From positions 558,001-591,920 of the forward strand of contig JBEUKZ010000060.1 of the NCBI GenBank assembly GCA_048128005.1: a DNA stretch of 33,920 nt, read 5' to 3'. This stretch comes from Veleropilina oligotropha. Taxonomy: Eukaryota. The position numbers and the translations under genes were made by a program. The notes under the pieces are model-generated. The model did no database searches and was not told the DNA's origin. It saw nothing but the letters and a program-made list of their open reading frames with translations. How positions within the stretch are numbered: position 1 is the stretch's first letter; each line of letters starts with the position of its first letter. Below are positions 10,838 through 19,099 of this stretch, in pieces.

Positions 10838-13822
10838 TTACTGATTAGAAGACCTCGGTCTAACAATAACCCTTTGTGCAGCAACACAGTGTAAACTGCT
10901 TAGGCCATCAGCCCCGGTTGAGTAGTCGCGCAGATAATGTTTTACAAACACGTTAGCGTTTTTCCAATATCCGGCCTGTAGTAACGCATTGATATTTAAA
11001 TTATGTCGGAAGGCTACAGACGCTGCAATAGCCCGGACCTCATGTGCGCGTACCGATAAAATAGTTCGGTCTTCGTTGTCACAGCGGATGTATACATCTC
11101 TCACTGTCTGTGAAATCCACCGCGAAACAGTAGTCCTCGTAATGTCGCGGGTGTAGGTGGGCAAATACGATATGAATAAACGTAATTTTCCCTGTCGCAA
11201 CTCACGGGTTCTGTCTAGGTAGAACCGAAGCGCCCGGACCGGGCAATTGAAGCGGTCTGCGTCGCGCCTTCCGACTAGCGTTAGCTTGGGAATAACAACA
11301 TCGGGTGCGTCCTCGTTCGGCCGCTGGTTCTTGGCTAAGAAGCCCAGAATGGGACGCAGTATCACCGACCCGTCTGACTGGAATCGTATGTCTCTTAGCT
11401 CGGAGGAGAAGGCATGAATCTCGGAACAACGCCTGCCCGACGCTAAGGCGATCAGAAAAACTGTTTTGTGCGTCAAGTTCCTCATGGTTATCTCGGACAT
11501 CGGCTCATACGGGGGTAAGAGTAATGCGTTAAGAATAAGTACGATATTCCAGGCAGGTGGCTTAATTCTTCGGGTCGGTATCTCGAGTTCATAAGATCGT
11601 ATAAAATCTGATATCGTTCGGTCGCTTGATAGGCCAGCATGGGCACGACACTGCTTTAGCGTGGTCGCGATCGTTGCCCGATAGCCTTTGACGGCGGACA
11701 CTGACATACCGCGGTCGAAGAGCGACGATAAAAACTCGATAAACTTGTTCACAGGGGGACGGAGTATATTGATCTGCCTGCTGTGACACCAATCCACGTA
11801 CTTAACCCATCGGTAGTCATAGACTTTTGTAGTGGAAATCCTTCTCGATCGGTAGATACGTAAGGCTGTAGCTTTAGAAAATCCTTTCTTAGCAAGGGAT
11901 CGTTCGATAACCGCCAGGCGTGTAAACGTAAGTGGTTCGGCGACTCGTGGAGTACACGGGTGCGTGGTTGCATTAACAGGTCTAGTTTCTGCGGTAACGC
12001 TAACGGTCGATCGACGATCAGATCGAGGAGGGTCGGAAACCAAGGTTGCGTGCGATACAGGGGCGCTATTAGCGTTATCTCGCAACGTTCGGTCGCTGCC
12101 TTCTGTAATACCAGTGATAGAATGCACGTCGGGGGGAAGGCATACGCGGACAGATTCTCCCATGTCATTGACATTGCGTCGACCGCCAGGGCGGCCGGGT
12201 CTGGGTACGGGGAGACATACAGAGGTAGTCGGTAATTGAATTCTGTTGCAAACAAGTCGACTTGGGGTTGCGACCACCGGCGGCAAACCTCCCGAGCTAC
12301 TCGGCTGTGTAGCGTCCACTCTGTGTGTATAATCTGTGATCTCCGAGAGAGCGAATCCGCTCTGACATTCAGCTTTCCCGGGATGTGTCGGGCTCGAATC
12401 GTCGAGTTGAGGGACATCACTAAGCGGTGTAGGTCTATTGCTCGGTCGCATAGGGGATGCGAGCGTGTACCGCCCTGGTGCTGTATGTAAGCGACGACAG
12501 TCGTGTTGTCCGTGGCGAGCATTATATGCTTGTTGCGGAGATGTGACGAGAGGGACCGTACTGACAGGTAGACGGCTTCTAACTCTAGGAAGTTGATATG
12601 TCGTCCCTGAAGGTCTGTCGGCCATAGGCCTGATGTCTCGTAACTGTCGAGGTGACCACCCCAGCCGTCGTTCGAAGCGTCTGTGAACAGGTAAGCGTTC
12701 GGCTCTGGTGGGGATATAGGAACCGACTGGTCCGGCAAAGCGGGGTTCAACCACACTGCTGTCGTGTCGGTAAACCAATGCCGTAGATCGATGCGATCCT
12801 TCCACTGCCCCGTCCGTTGTATCCAGCGATCCCTGAAAGCCTGTTGTAACGGTCTTTTGTCCATGCGACCCGTCGGTAGCAGGGGCGCTACCGACTCGAT
12901 GTGCCCCAGGACAGTGGCCAGTTGTCGCGCCGTAGTTATGTCCGATGACAGGGTGTCTTGGATAACCGCGCGTAGGTTCCGCATACGCTTCTGGGTCGGC
13001 TTCGCGGTGTACCGGACCGTATCGAAGTCGACTCCGAGGAACGTAAACGTCGTCGAGGGCACGAAGCAGGATTTTGTCTCGTTGATCTGAAATCCCAGGC
13101 GCTTCGTCGATGACAGGGTAAAGCTCGTAGACCGGAGGCACAGATCTCGGGACGCCCCGAGGATCAGCCAGTCGTCGAGGTACATATGTACCCTGTGCCC
13201 TAGAGAGTGTAGGAAGGCCCCCAGGGCCTGTACTGTTCTCGTGAAGACGTACGGGGCTGACGATAGACCGAACGGTAGGCACCTGAATTGGTAGATCGTC
13301 TCCCCGTGTATAAACCGAAGGTACTGATGAGCCGTGATATGCATCGGGACATGCAGATACGCGTCGGCGAGATCGATAGACGCTGCCCAGTCGCCCGGAC
13401 GGATGGCCGCTCGAATCTTCGAGAGGGTTTCTTGCTGGAATTTCTCGGTACGAAGATATAGGTTTAGGTACGAGAGATCGAGGATCGGTCTCCAGCGGCC
13501 ATCGGGTTTCGGGACCAGGAAGAAATGGCTGTAAAATCCTGGTGTGCTGGGCGGCGCGGGATATATCGCTCTTTTTAGGAGCAAATCCCGCACTGCCTGG
13601 TCTAAGACCGCTTGTTTCTCTCCGTTTAGGAGGCGAGCGTGTCTTGTTGGTGGTGCCTCGGTTAAGGTCGGATGCCGGTTGAATGCCAACTTGTATCCGG
13701 CACTCACGACTAAGTGGACCCAGTTGCTGTCTGTCAGCTCTAGCCAGGGCTGGCTGTGTGCTAACAGGCACGCTCCCACCGGCGGGAGCGGGCAACTGGG
13801 GCCGTCGCGAATGCCGGCAGCC
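10838..13822 (-). CDS. DIRS tyrosine recombinase ORF (YR domain in the last ~365 aa; long N-terminal part overlaps the RT frame)
   Basis: Catalytic-type motifs ASGRRCSEI (R), LAKNQ (K), RAHEVRA (HxxR), GYW, KHYL (Y) and CPVRAL. The frame is open from the gag TAG to 10838; the true start is unknown. Confidence 0.92.
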   Translation of the reverse strand, partial: GCRHSRRPQLPAPAGGSVPVSTQPALARADRQQLGPLSRECRIQVGIQPASDLNRGTTNKTRSPPKRRETSGLRPGSAGFAPKKSDISRAAQHTRILQPFLPGPETRWPLETDPRSLVPKPISSYREIPARNPLEDSSGHPSGRLGSVYRSRRRVSACPDAYHGSSVPSVYTRGDDLPIQVPTVRSIVSPVRLHENSTGPGGLPTLSRAQGTYVPRRLADPRGVPRSVPPVYELYPVIDEAPGISDQRDKILLRALDDVYVPRSRLRYGPVHREADPEAYAEPTRGYPRHPVIGHNYGATTGHCPGAHRVGSAPATDGSHGQKTVTTGFQGSLDTTDGAVEGSHRSTALVYRHDSSVVEPRFAGPVGSYIPTRAERLPVHRRFERRLGWSPRQLRDIRPMADRPSGTTYQLPRVRSRLPVSTVPLVTSPQQAYNARHGQHDCRRLHTAPGRYTLASPMRPSNRPTPLSDVPQLDDSSPTHPGKAECQSGFALSEITDYTHRVDATQPSSSGGLPPVVATPSRLVCNRIQLPTTSVCLPVPRPGRPGGRRNVNDMGESVRVCLPPDVHSITGITEGSDRTLRDNANSAPVSHATLVSDPPRSDRRSTVSVTAETRPVNATTHPCTPRVAEPLTFTRLAVIERSLAKKGFSKATALRIYRSRRISTTKVYDYRWVKYVDWCHSRQINILRPPVNKFIEFLSSLFDRGMSVSAVKGYRATIATTLKQCRAHAGLSSDRTISDFIRSYELEIPTRRIKPPAWNIVLILNALLLPPYEPMSEITMRNLTHKTVFLIALASGRRCSEIHAFSSELRDIRFQSDGSVILRPILGFLAKNQRPNEDAPDVVIPKLTLVGRRDADRFNCPVRALRFYLDRTRELRQGKLRLFISYLPTYTRDITRTTVSRWISQTVRDVYIRCDNEDRTILSVRAHEVRAIAASVAFRHNLNINALLQAGYWKNANVFVKHYLRDYSTGADGLSSLHCVAAQRVIVRPRSSNQ

Positions 13823-13839
13823 CTAGGGCCGAGGCTTCC
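11749..13839 (-). CDS. DIRS reverse transcriptase / RNase H / Dam-like adenine methyltransferase ORF
   Basis: FLVPKPDGRWRPILDL, SIDLADAY, LPFGL, YLDD (RT); FTDAS, HINFLELEA, TDNTT, NVRADSLSR (RNase H); DLFAT...YAFPP (MT). The frame opens after a TAG at 13840-13842; the first AUG is only at 13344. Confidence 0.96.
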   Translation of the reverse strand, partial: GSLGPRAAGIRDGPSCPLPPVGACLLAHSQPWLELTDSNWVHLVVSAGYKLAFNRHPTLTEAPPTRHARLLNGEKQAVLDQAVRDLLLKRAIYPAPPSTPGFYSHFFLVPKPDGRWRPILDLSYLNLYLRTEKFQQETLSKIRAAIRPGDWAASIDLADAYLHVPMHITAHQYLRFIHGETIYQFRCLPFGLSSAPYVFTRTVQALGAFLHSLGHRVHMYLDDWLILGASRDLCLRSTSFTLSSTKRLGFQINETKSCFVPSTTFTFLGVDFDTVRYTAKPTQKRMRNLRAVIQDTLSSDITTARQLATVLGHIESVAPLLPTGRMDKRPLQQAFRDRWIQRTGQWKDRIDLRHWFTDTTAVWLNPALPDQSVPISPPEPNAYLFTDASNDGWGGHLDSYETSGLWPTDLQGRHINFLELEAVYLSVRSLSSHLRNKHIMLATDNTTVVAYIQHQGGTRSHPLCDRAIDLHRLVMSLNSTIRARHIPGKLNVRADSLSRRSQIIHTEWTLHSRVAREVCRRWSQPQVDLFATEFNYRLPLYVSPYPDPAALAVDAMSMTWENLSAYAFPPTCILSLVLQKAATERCEITLIAPLYRTQPWFPTLLDLIVDRPLALPQKLDLLMQPRTRVLHESPNHLRLHAWRLSNDPLLRKDFLKLQPYVSTDREGFPLQKSMTTDGLSTWIGVTAGRSIYSVPL

Positions 13840-16072
13840 CTATCCCGCTCTGCTTGCGGGATTTCGCTGGAGGTGCTTGCCTCTTTGGAGTGGGTTTATT
13901 GGCCGGAGGCCTACCACCCGAAGAGGGCTTCGCACGCTTAGAAGGCTTCGGGGCCGGGGTGGGCCCGGAGCGCTTCTTCGAGTTGGCAGGTGGACCCCGG
14001 GTGGGGAGCAGTACTGCCTTCTCGATGGCACGGTCCTTAATGTCCGCCGCTCTCTTGTCAACAAACTCCGTGAAGTTGTCACCAAAGAGAGTGGTGGCCG
14101 AGCAAGGTACGCATCGCAACGAGCGCCGGGTGGGCTCGTCCAGCGAGGTACCTTCCAGGCAAGCATCCCTACGAAGTAGGAGGGCATTGCCCAGGACACG
14201 TCCCGTCTCCAACGCGCTGGTCTCCTGCGCGGCAGCAACCTCCTGGAGGAAGGACAGGGCAGCCTCGGTGGCGCCGGGTCCATTCTCCTGTAATACGGCT
14301 ATCGCCCCGTCTAGGAAAAAATCCTGAACGGACGATAGCCGCAGAGCCCGTCGGGCGGAGCTCTCGAAAGCTTCCAAGGCGGACCAAGGAACTTTCGCTA
14401 CGGAGGGAGGGTGACTGGCGGTCAGTCGACGCAACGAAGCGTCAACACGAGCCGGCTCAGTCGCCAGGCACGGGCCAGTGCATTCGAACGGGATCGCTCG
14501 AGTACTGGCCCGGAGGTACCTCCCACTACGGAACCCCGAAGGGAACTCGTTCAGCGGGGAGGACTCCACCGGATTGCGCCCCTGAACGAGCTTGGTGATC
14601 GAGTCTACAACAAGATCCACCAGCCCGGACTGAGGTAAGGAGGGGAGCTCGGGGGCTTCCCTCGCAACAAACCGATGTGCTGCCGTCCTATGCTTGGCTA
14701 CGTCTACAGCCGACCGAGTCGGTTCCGACAAGCCAAGCACCCCGCGAAGTGACGCAACAGCGTCGAGCCTTCGGCGGGTGGAGGAGGTCGGCTCCTGCGT
14801 GCCTGTAAGACTAATGTCTTCGGACCCGACCGATTCAGGGAGGTCGGTGTGATTTGAACAGAGATCCTCGTCGGAACGAGGGTCGATGTCTATCACTGAG
14901 GCAGGAGCCGTGCTCTGCGCCATGGGCAGAAGTGTAGGTACCAGGTGCGGCTCGGGAGCCGTCGGCCAGGCCTTACACCGTTCCTCGATCCCCGCCGCGA
15001 TCCATGCCTGGACGTTCTCAAAAGAGAAACCCGGAGGCAGGACGGGCGACGAACTAACAGCCGGTAGTTCTGTCGAGGTAACCGTGGCGCTAGGTAGACG
15101 GGCTGCACGGACAGGTGGTACCGAGGACCAGGGTCCACGGGCACTTGTCGAGGGGTCGAACCCGAAGGACTGGCCCGGAGGCGCAGTCAGTGGGCCGGAC
15201 GACCGATAGGACTGCGGCAACAGTTCTGATCGGTCTACCACTCTGTTCGAGCGAGGCACGGACGGAAAACCGCCGTAGAACCCCGTCCCGAACGCAGCCG
15301 GTCTGTCCACGTTCTCTAGCGTGACCACGGTGGGTGCACGGGAGAGACCGGGCCCTCTGAATGTCTCGTGAGCTTCGAGGTTGAGCGGAAAACCCCTAGG
15401 GGAAGTCGCATCGTTCTCGACCGAGGATTCAGGTTTCGCCGATTGTCCGAGTCTTAGACCTACAAGTAGGTGCCCGGCCTCTTTAAAGGCTTTCTCTGCA
15501 TTGGGTCTGTCACCGTAGGAAGACGGTGAGTTTCCCGCAGAAGGACTAACTGTCCCCTTATTCTTCGAGGCCGAAGAAAAGGATGGGGATGGTCTGCCCT
15601 GTACAGCTGTTCGCTGCGCTGTCATGTATACCTTGCTAGCCGGCAAGGTATGGCTGACTGCAGCTACTAGGCCCGGTTTTGGAGGATCGGTCGACACTCG
15701 GGTCTTTACCTGAATCTTGGGTACCGGCAAGGTTTCGGTGACTCTCCCAAGAGTCGCGGAGGTTTCGCCGGTGGATCCGGCGACAGACGTCCCCTTGTGT
15801 CGGCTGTCGGCCAGCGTCCCTGAAGCAGACAAAGAAGAAACGTTAGGTAACTTACCGGTCTCTTCCTGACCCTTCTCCGGGGGAGGACCCACCGTGGCAG
15901 TCGCCCTGGTCGACTTACCGTGGTGAGACAGGGTTGCCCACTGCTTATCTGATAGAAGAAAGCACAGATCACATTGATGATGTATACTACAGCTACGGTG
16001 AGTACAACATTCCTTGTGCCTATCAAATGCGTGAATTTTCTGGTTACACCCGGAGCTACTGCACCGGACCAT
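13823..16072 (-). CDS. DIRS Gag-like ORF1 (749 aa from the first AUG)
   Basis: N-terminal Cys/His cluster (CSSSGC..HKECCTHRSC..CDLC), S/P-rich middle, C-terminal LLRRD...LFG helical domain typical of DIRS ORF1, basic tail. Confidence 0.88.
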   Translation of the reverse strand: MVRCSSSGCNQKIHAFDRHKECCTHRSCSIHHQCDLCFLLSDKQWATLSHHGKSTRATATVGPPPEKGQEETGKLPNVSSLSASGTLADSRHKGTSVAGSTGETSATLGRVTETLPVPKIQVKTRVSTDPPKPGLVAAVSHTLPASKVYMTAQRTAVQGRPSPSFSSASKNKGTVSPSAGNSPSSYGDRPNAEKAFKEAGHLLVGLRLGQSAKPESSVENDATSPRGFPLNLEAHETFRGPGLSRAPTVVTLENVDRPAAFGTGFYGGFPSVPRSNRVVDRSELLPQSYRSSGPLTAPPGQSFGFDPSTSARGPWSSVPPVRAARLPSATVTSTELPAVSSSPVLPPGFSFENVQAWIAAGIEERCKAWPTAPEPHLVPTLLPMAQSTAPASVIDIDPRSDEDLCSNHTDLPESVGSEDISLTGTQEPTSSTRRRLDAVASLRGVLGLSEPTRSAVDVAKHRTAAHRFVAREAPELPSLPQSGLVDLVVDSITKLVQGRNPVESSPLNEFPSGFRSGRYLRASTRAIPFECTGPCLATEPARVDASLRRLTASHPPSVAKVPWSALEAFESSARRALRLSSVQDFFLDGAIAVLQENGPGATEAALSFLQEVAAAQETSALETGRVLGNALLLRRDACLEGTSLDEPTRRSLRCVPCSATTLFGDNFTEFVDKRAADIKDRAIEKAVLLPTRGPPANSKKRSGPTPAPKPSKRAKPSSGGRPPANKPTPKRQAPPAKSRKQSGIGKPRP

Positions 16073-16746
16073 AGCTAAATACACGGGAGGGTGGACGTGG
16101 GTAGACGGGGTAGATAAATAGGTATATATATGGTAGTTGAGACTTCTTTCCTTGGAGGGAGTACTACGACAACTCACAGAATTGTCCTGATCTGAAGATT
16201 AGAGATCAAGCGATATACCGTTATTAAAAACCCCGAACTGGGAACACCGAGGTCGGGTATTTTACCCGACCGACCCGGTAACCCGGCAAATTGACTAAAA
16301 CAAAGGGAGGTTATTTCCTCGAAAAAACCGCCCAGAAAAACACCTGAAAACCTCGTGGATGTTTTATGTTAGTACAATGGCGTATTATCCCAGCCACGGC
16401 AGGATATCAGAAAATTAACGCAAGCTTAATATCAAAAGATCCTGCCTTTTTAACAACGCTAGAAATTTTTTATATAATAAATAACCAGCAAATAGCGTTG
16501 TTAAGGAATTATCCAATATAATGAGTTACCTGTTTGCAGTCTCAAACAATATCAGATAATTATACCGACCAGAAATTTCAGCTAACACTCGAAACTTTCC
16601 CTCTAAGCGGCCATCTTTAACGGCCACGGCGTCCTTGACGACGATGTCGGTTTCCTTTGATGTCCAGAACTTCCTCGAAGTTTGAGAATCACTCTTCTTA
16701 TATTCACATGTGTTTTAGATCCACAACACAGGGTTATATTCCACTA

Positions 16747-16763
16747 CTTATATACTATATAAG
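16747..16763. promoter_or_regulatory. Palindromic TATA-like element in the DIRS leader
   Basis: CTTATATA-C-TATATAAG gives TATATAAG on both strands. Confidence 0.35.
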
Positions 16764-16851
16764 CAGAAACTGCGCCCTGATTTAACGTGAAATCGGGCGC
16801 CTATATCGAAATATTTGCGGAGCAAAACAACGTCTTTCCGCGACAGCGGAA

Positions 16852-17059
16852 AACTTTGAATTGAGGTCTTAGGACTTCTATTGTTCAGAAGTCTCGCGAG
16901 ACTTGGCGAAGTCTCACTAAGGAACGTGATGGGATAGGAGCAGGGGAGGTAACCGTGTGCTTTTTTGGCTTATTAACGGTGCATTATGGGACATATTCAC
17001 CATTTCCGGTTTGGGCGATAATATACTATTATGGCAAGAGTAAGGACGTAAGTATGTTT
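16852..17059 (-). repeat. DIRS 5' inverted terminal repeat (208 bp), with unique extension 17060-17071
   Basis: Exact reverse complement of 9643-9850. Confidence 0.97.
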
Positions 17060-17071
17060 GTAACTATATAT

Positions 17072-17152
17072 AATGGAATATTGAGACATTACTCCATATA
17101 TCTTACGACATATTGGTATATTACTCTTCAGAGCTTACAGCAGATTGAGAAA
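17072..17152. repeat. Degenerate ~32-bp minisatellite, right part
   Basis: TACTCCATATATCTTACGACATATTGGTATAT and TACTCTTCAGAGCTTACAGCAGATTGAGA continue the array at 9500-9611. Confidence 0.75.
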
Positions 17153-17220
17153 CCGCGAGCACGAATATGTAATTGCATTCCAGCAGTTGTAGCTATATAT
17201 ATCGATCACATGAAGCTTAC

Positions 17221-17335
17221 CATCATTTTCATATCGTGTGAATTTTAGAGTTCCTTTTATGGCATGGACATCAGGAATCGGCCCAGAGCTAGGAATAAAC
17301 CAAGCACTGCCATCCACCACATGAGCTTCAAGAAC
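17221..17335 (-). CDS. FAS1-domain protein, exon 4
   Basis: AG/GTAAGC boundaries; 115 nt, phase 0 to 1; VLEAHVVDGSAWFIPSSGPIPDVHAIKGTLKFTRYEND; phase matches exon 5 across the DIRS-containing intron. Confidence 0.9.
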
Positions 17336-17672
17336 CTGTGCAAGTATCAAGGGTAAACGTAGGTAATGTACACACAAGTCGACAAAATTACTTACATTAC
17401 ATACTAACAGTTAATTTTGATTGTATTTGTGACTTGCTCTCTGGTGATATTCACAAATTAACTAAAAAGACAGTTAAGTTCAAGGTTTTTTTTACTTTTA
17501 ACCAAACAGAGACATTGATCTGATTTCTCTGCTCGCATGTTTTGAATACAGACAACACCAGTTGTTAGAATATATATCTTCTGGGTATTCTTTGACTCCA
17601 AGCATTCATAAATGAAGACGAAGGGTGTATGATCAACACTAAAATCTAATGTTCTAGAAATTCTTCCCTTAC

Positions 17673-17832
17673 ATTTTTTAGCAAGTAAAAATCTGGGAAC
17701 AGAATATCCTTTCCGTACTCCGGCATGGCGAGCGAGTAGGAATCGTTAACGGAGAAGGACGTGAACATCTCATCCGAGTTATTGGTTCGCGCATCCAAGT
17801 TTTGAATGACTGGTGCAACCTCAACAACCGTC
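17673..17832 (-). CDS. FAS1-domain protein, exon 3
   Basis: AG/GTAAGG boundaries; 160 nt, phase 2 to 0; degenerate H1 motif MFTSFSVNDSYS. Confidence 0.85.
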
Positions 17833-18365
17833 CTGAAAAAAATATGTATATCAGTCATTTTGATTGTATTAGAACAAACTTAATTTTTTTTTATCCAACT
17901 TTGAGAGGAAATACCAGTAATCCAAGAGATCTCGTTGATGAGTGGCTTTCGACATACCGTAATTATTTAGATTTCATTTTAAAATCAATTAAATTGTACT
18001 TACCGGTGCTATAATTATAACATTCATAATTTTATTTAAGAGAGAATAGTTAGTAATATAAAATCAATACTCTTTAAATACCAAAATTAATATAATATAA
18101 TAATACACAAAAACAAAAGTAACAACGACATTCGAGAAAATGTTGTTTTGTAACGAAATGTTTTCATTTATGATGATGGTTTATATAACAAAGATAGTCG
18201 TAATAAATAATTCAAAATTGTTGTTAGCATTGAAAAAACACTTTCATAAAGTAAGGAAGAAAAAAATGCACATCAATAAGTGATTACAATATTTTGTCAT
18301 GCCCAGTTCATTATTTGAACAGGACCAGTTGCTTAAATTCTAGTAATACCCCAAACTCATCGTAC

Positions 18366-18520
18366 GTGAACGACAGCTGCCTGATCTCTGGTTTGTGGAT
18401 GTACTCCTTGAGTGTTTTCGTGGAGCCAGCAGGTTGTATAACACTCTCAATAATATGCATGACACCGTTGTCTGCGCGAATGTTAGAGGTCCGAATTATC
18501 GCCCCATTAACAGTGTATAT
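18366..18520 (-). CDS. FAS1-domain protein, exon 2
   Basis: AG/GTACGA boundaries; 155 nt, phase 0 to 2; IYTVNGAIIRTSNIRADNGVMHIIESVIQP is a classic FAS1 H2. Confidence 0.93.
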
Positions 18521-18935
18521 CTGAAAATATAAATATAAAAAATGAGATCTTTTCCAAAATAGGGTACTGTAAAGTTTTGTCACAGGGACACATATCTACC
18601 CACTTCATCCACATTTCAAGCAACAAATTTATTTCATGCAACAATCGTTTCACTAAAATGACATACATTGATCATTACTACTTGCACAAAACAATCAAAT
18701 GTGACTTTGCACAGGAGATATGCATGGCCACACATAAACACTTGGCAGCTGACAGGCATACAAACAAAATTTATTTCATGTATTTAACAGCGAACACAAG
18801 CAAAATACATTTATTTTCATTCATATACCAACACACAGTCATTTCCTCTTCCAGTTTTATATATGGTATTAACAAAATAAATACCTAATTTACTCAAAGT
18901 AAATGCATTATCTGTAACGAAATATGAGTACAAAC

Positions 18936-19045
18936 CATCTTTCCAACATCCCCATATGCATTTATATATAATTTTCCCCCATTTGATGAAAGAGATGACA
19001 GCGATTGAGAATTCGAGAAATCGTCAGTGAAGTATACTCCGGATG
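18936..19045 (-). CDS. FAS1-domain protein, first exon seen in the window (internal exon)
   Basis: AG/GTTTGT boundaries; 110 nt, phase 1 to 0; SGVYFTDDFSNSQSLSSLSSNGGKLYINAYGDVGKM fits a FAS1 central region. Confidence 0.8.
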
Positions 19046-19099
19046 CTGAAAGAGAATATGATGTAAAATAGCAACAGGCTAACATTACGAGAGACAACA

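Larger units (their letters stand above)
9610..17071 (-). mobile_element. Full-length DIRS1-type tyrosine-recombinase retrotransposon (7462 bp)
   Basis: Inverted terminal repeats, an internal complementary region matching both ends, gag + RT/RH/MT + YR ORFs, no integrase or protease, AT at both junctions. Confidence 0.97.

Noticed and set aside
13321..13375. CTGATGA-GCCG...CGGC-GAGA hammerhead-like motif on the + strand
   Set aside because: GAGA rather than GAAA, no stems I/III, and it lies antisense to dual-coding RT sequence.
11202..16026. Many antisense and alternative-frame ORFs of 60-211 aa within the DIRS body
   Set aside because: Expected shadows of GC-rich coding sequence; no recognisable motifs.
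16073..16177. GTG start of the 784-aa ORF call
   Set aside because: A bacterial-style start call; the segment looks like an intron and the first AUG is at 16072.
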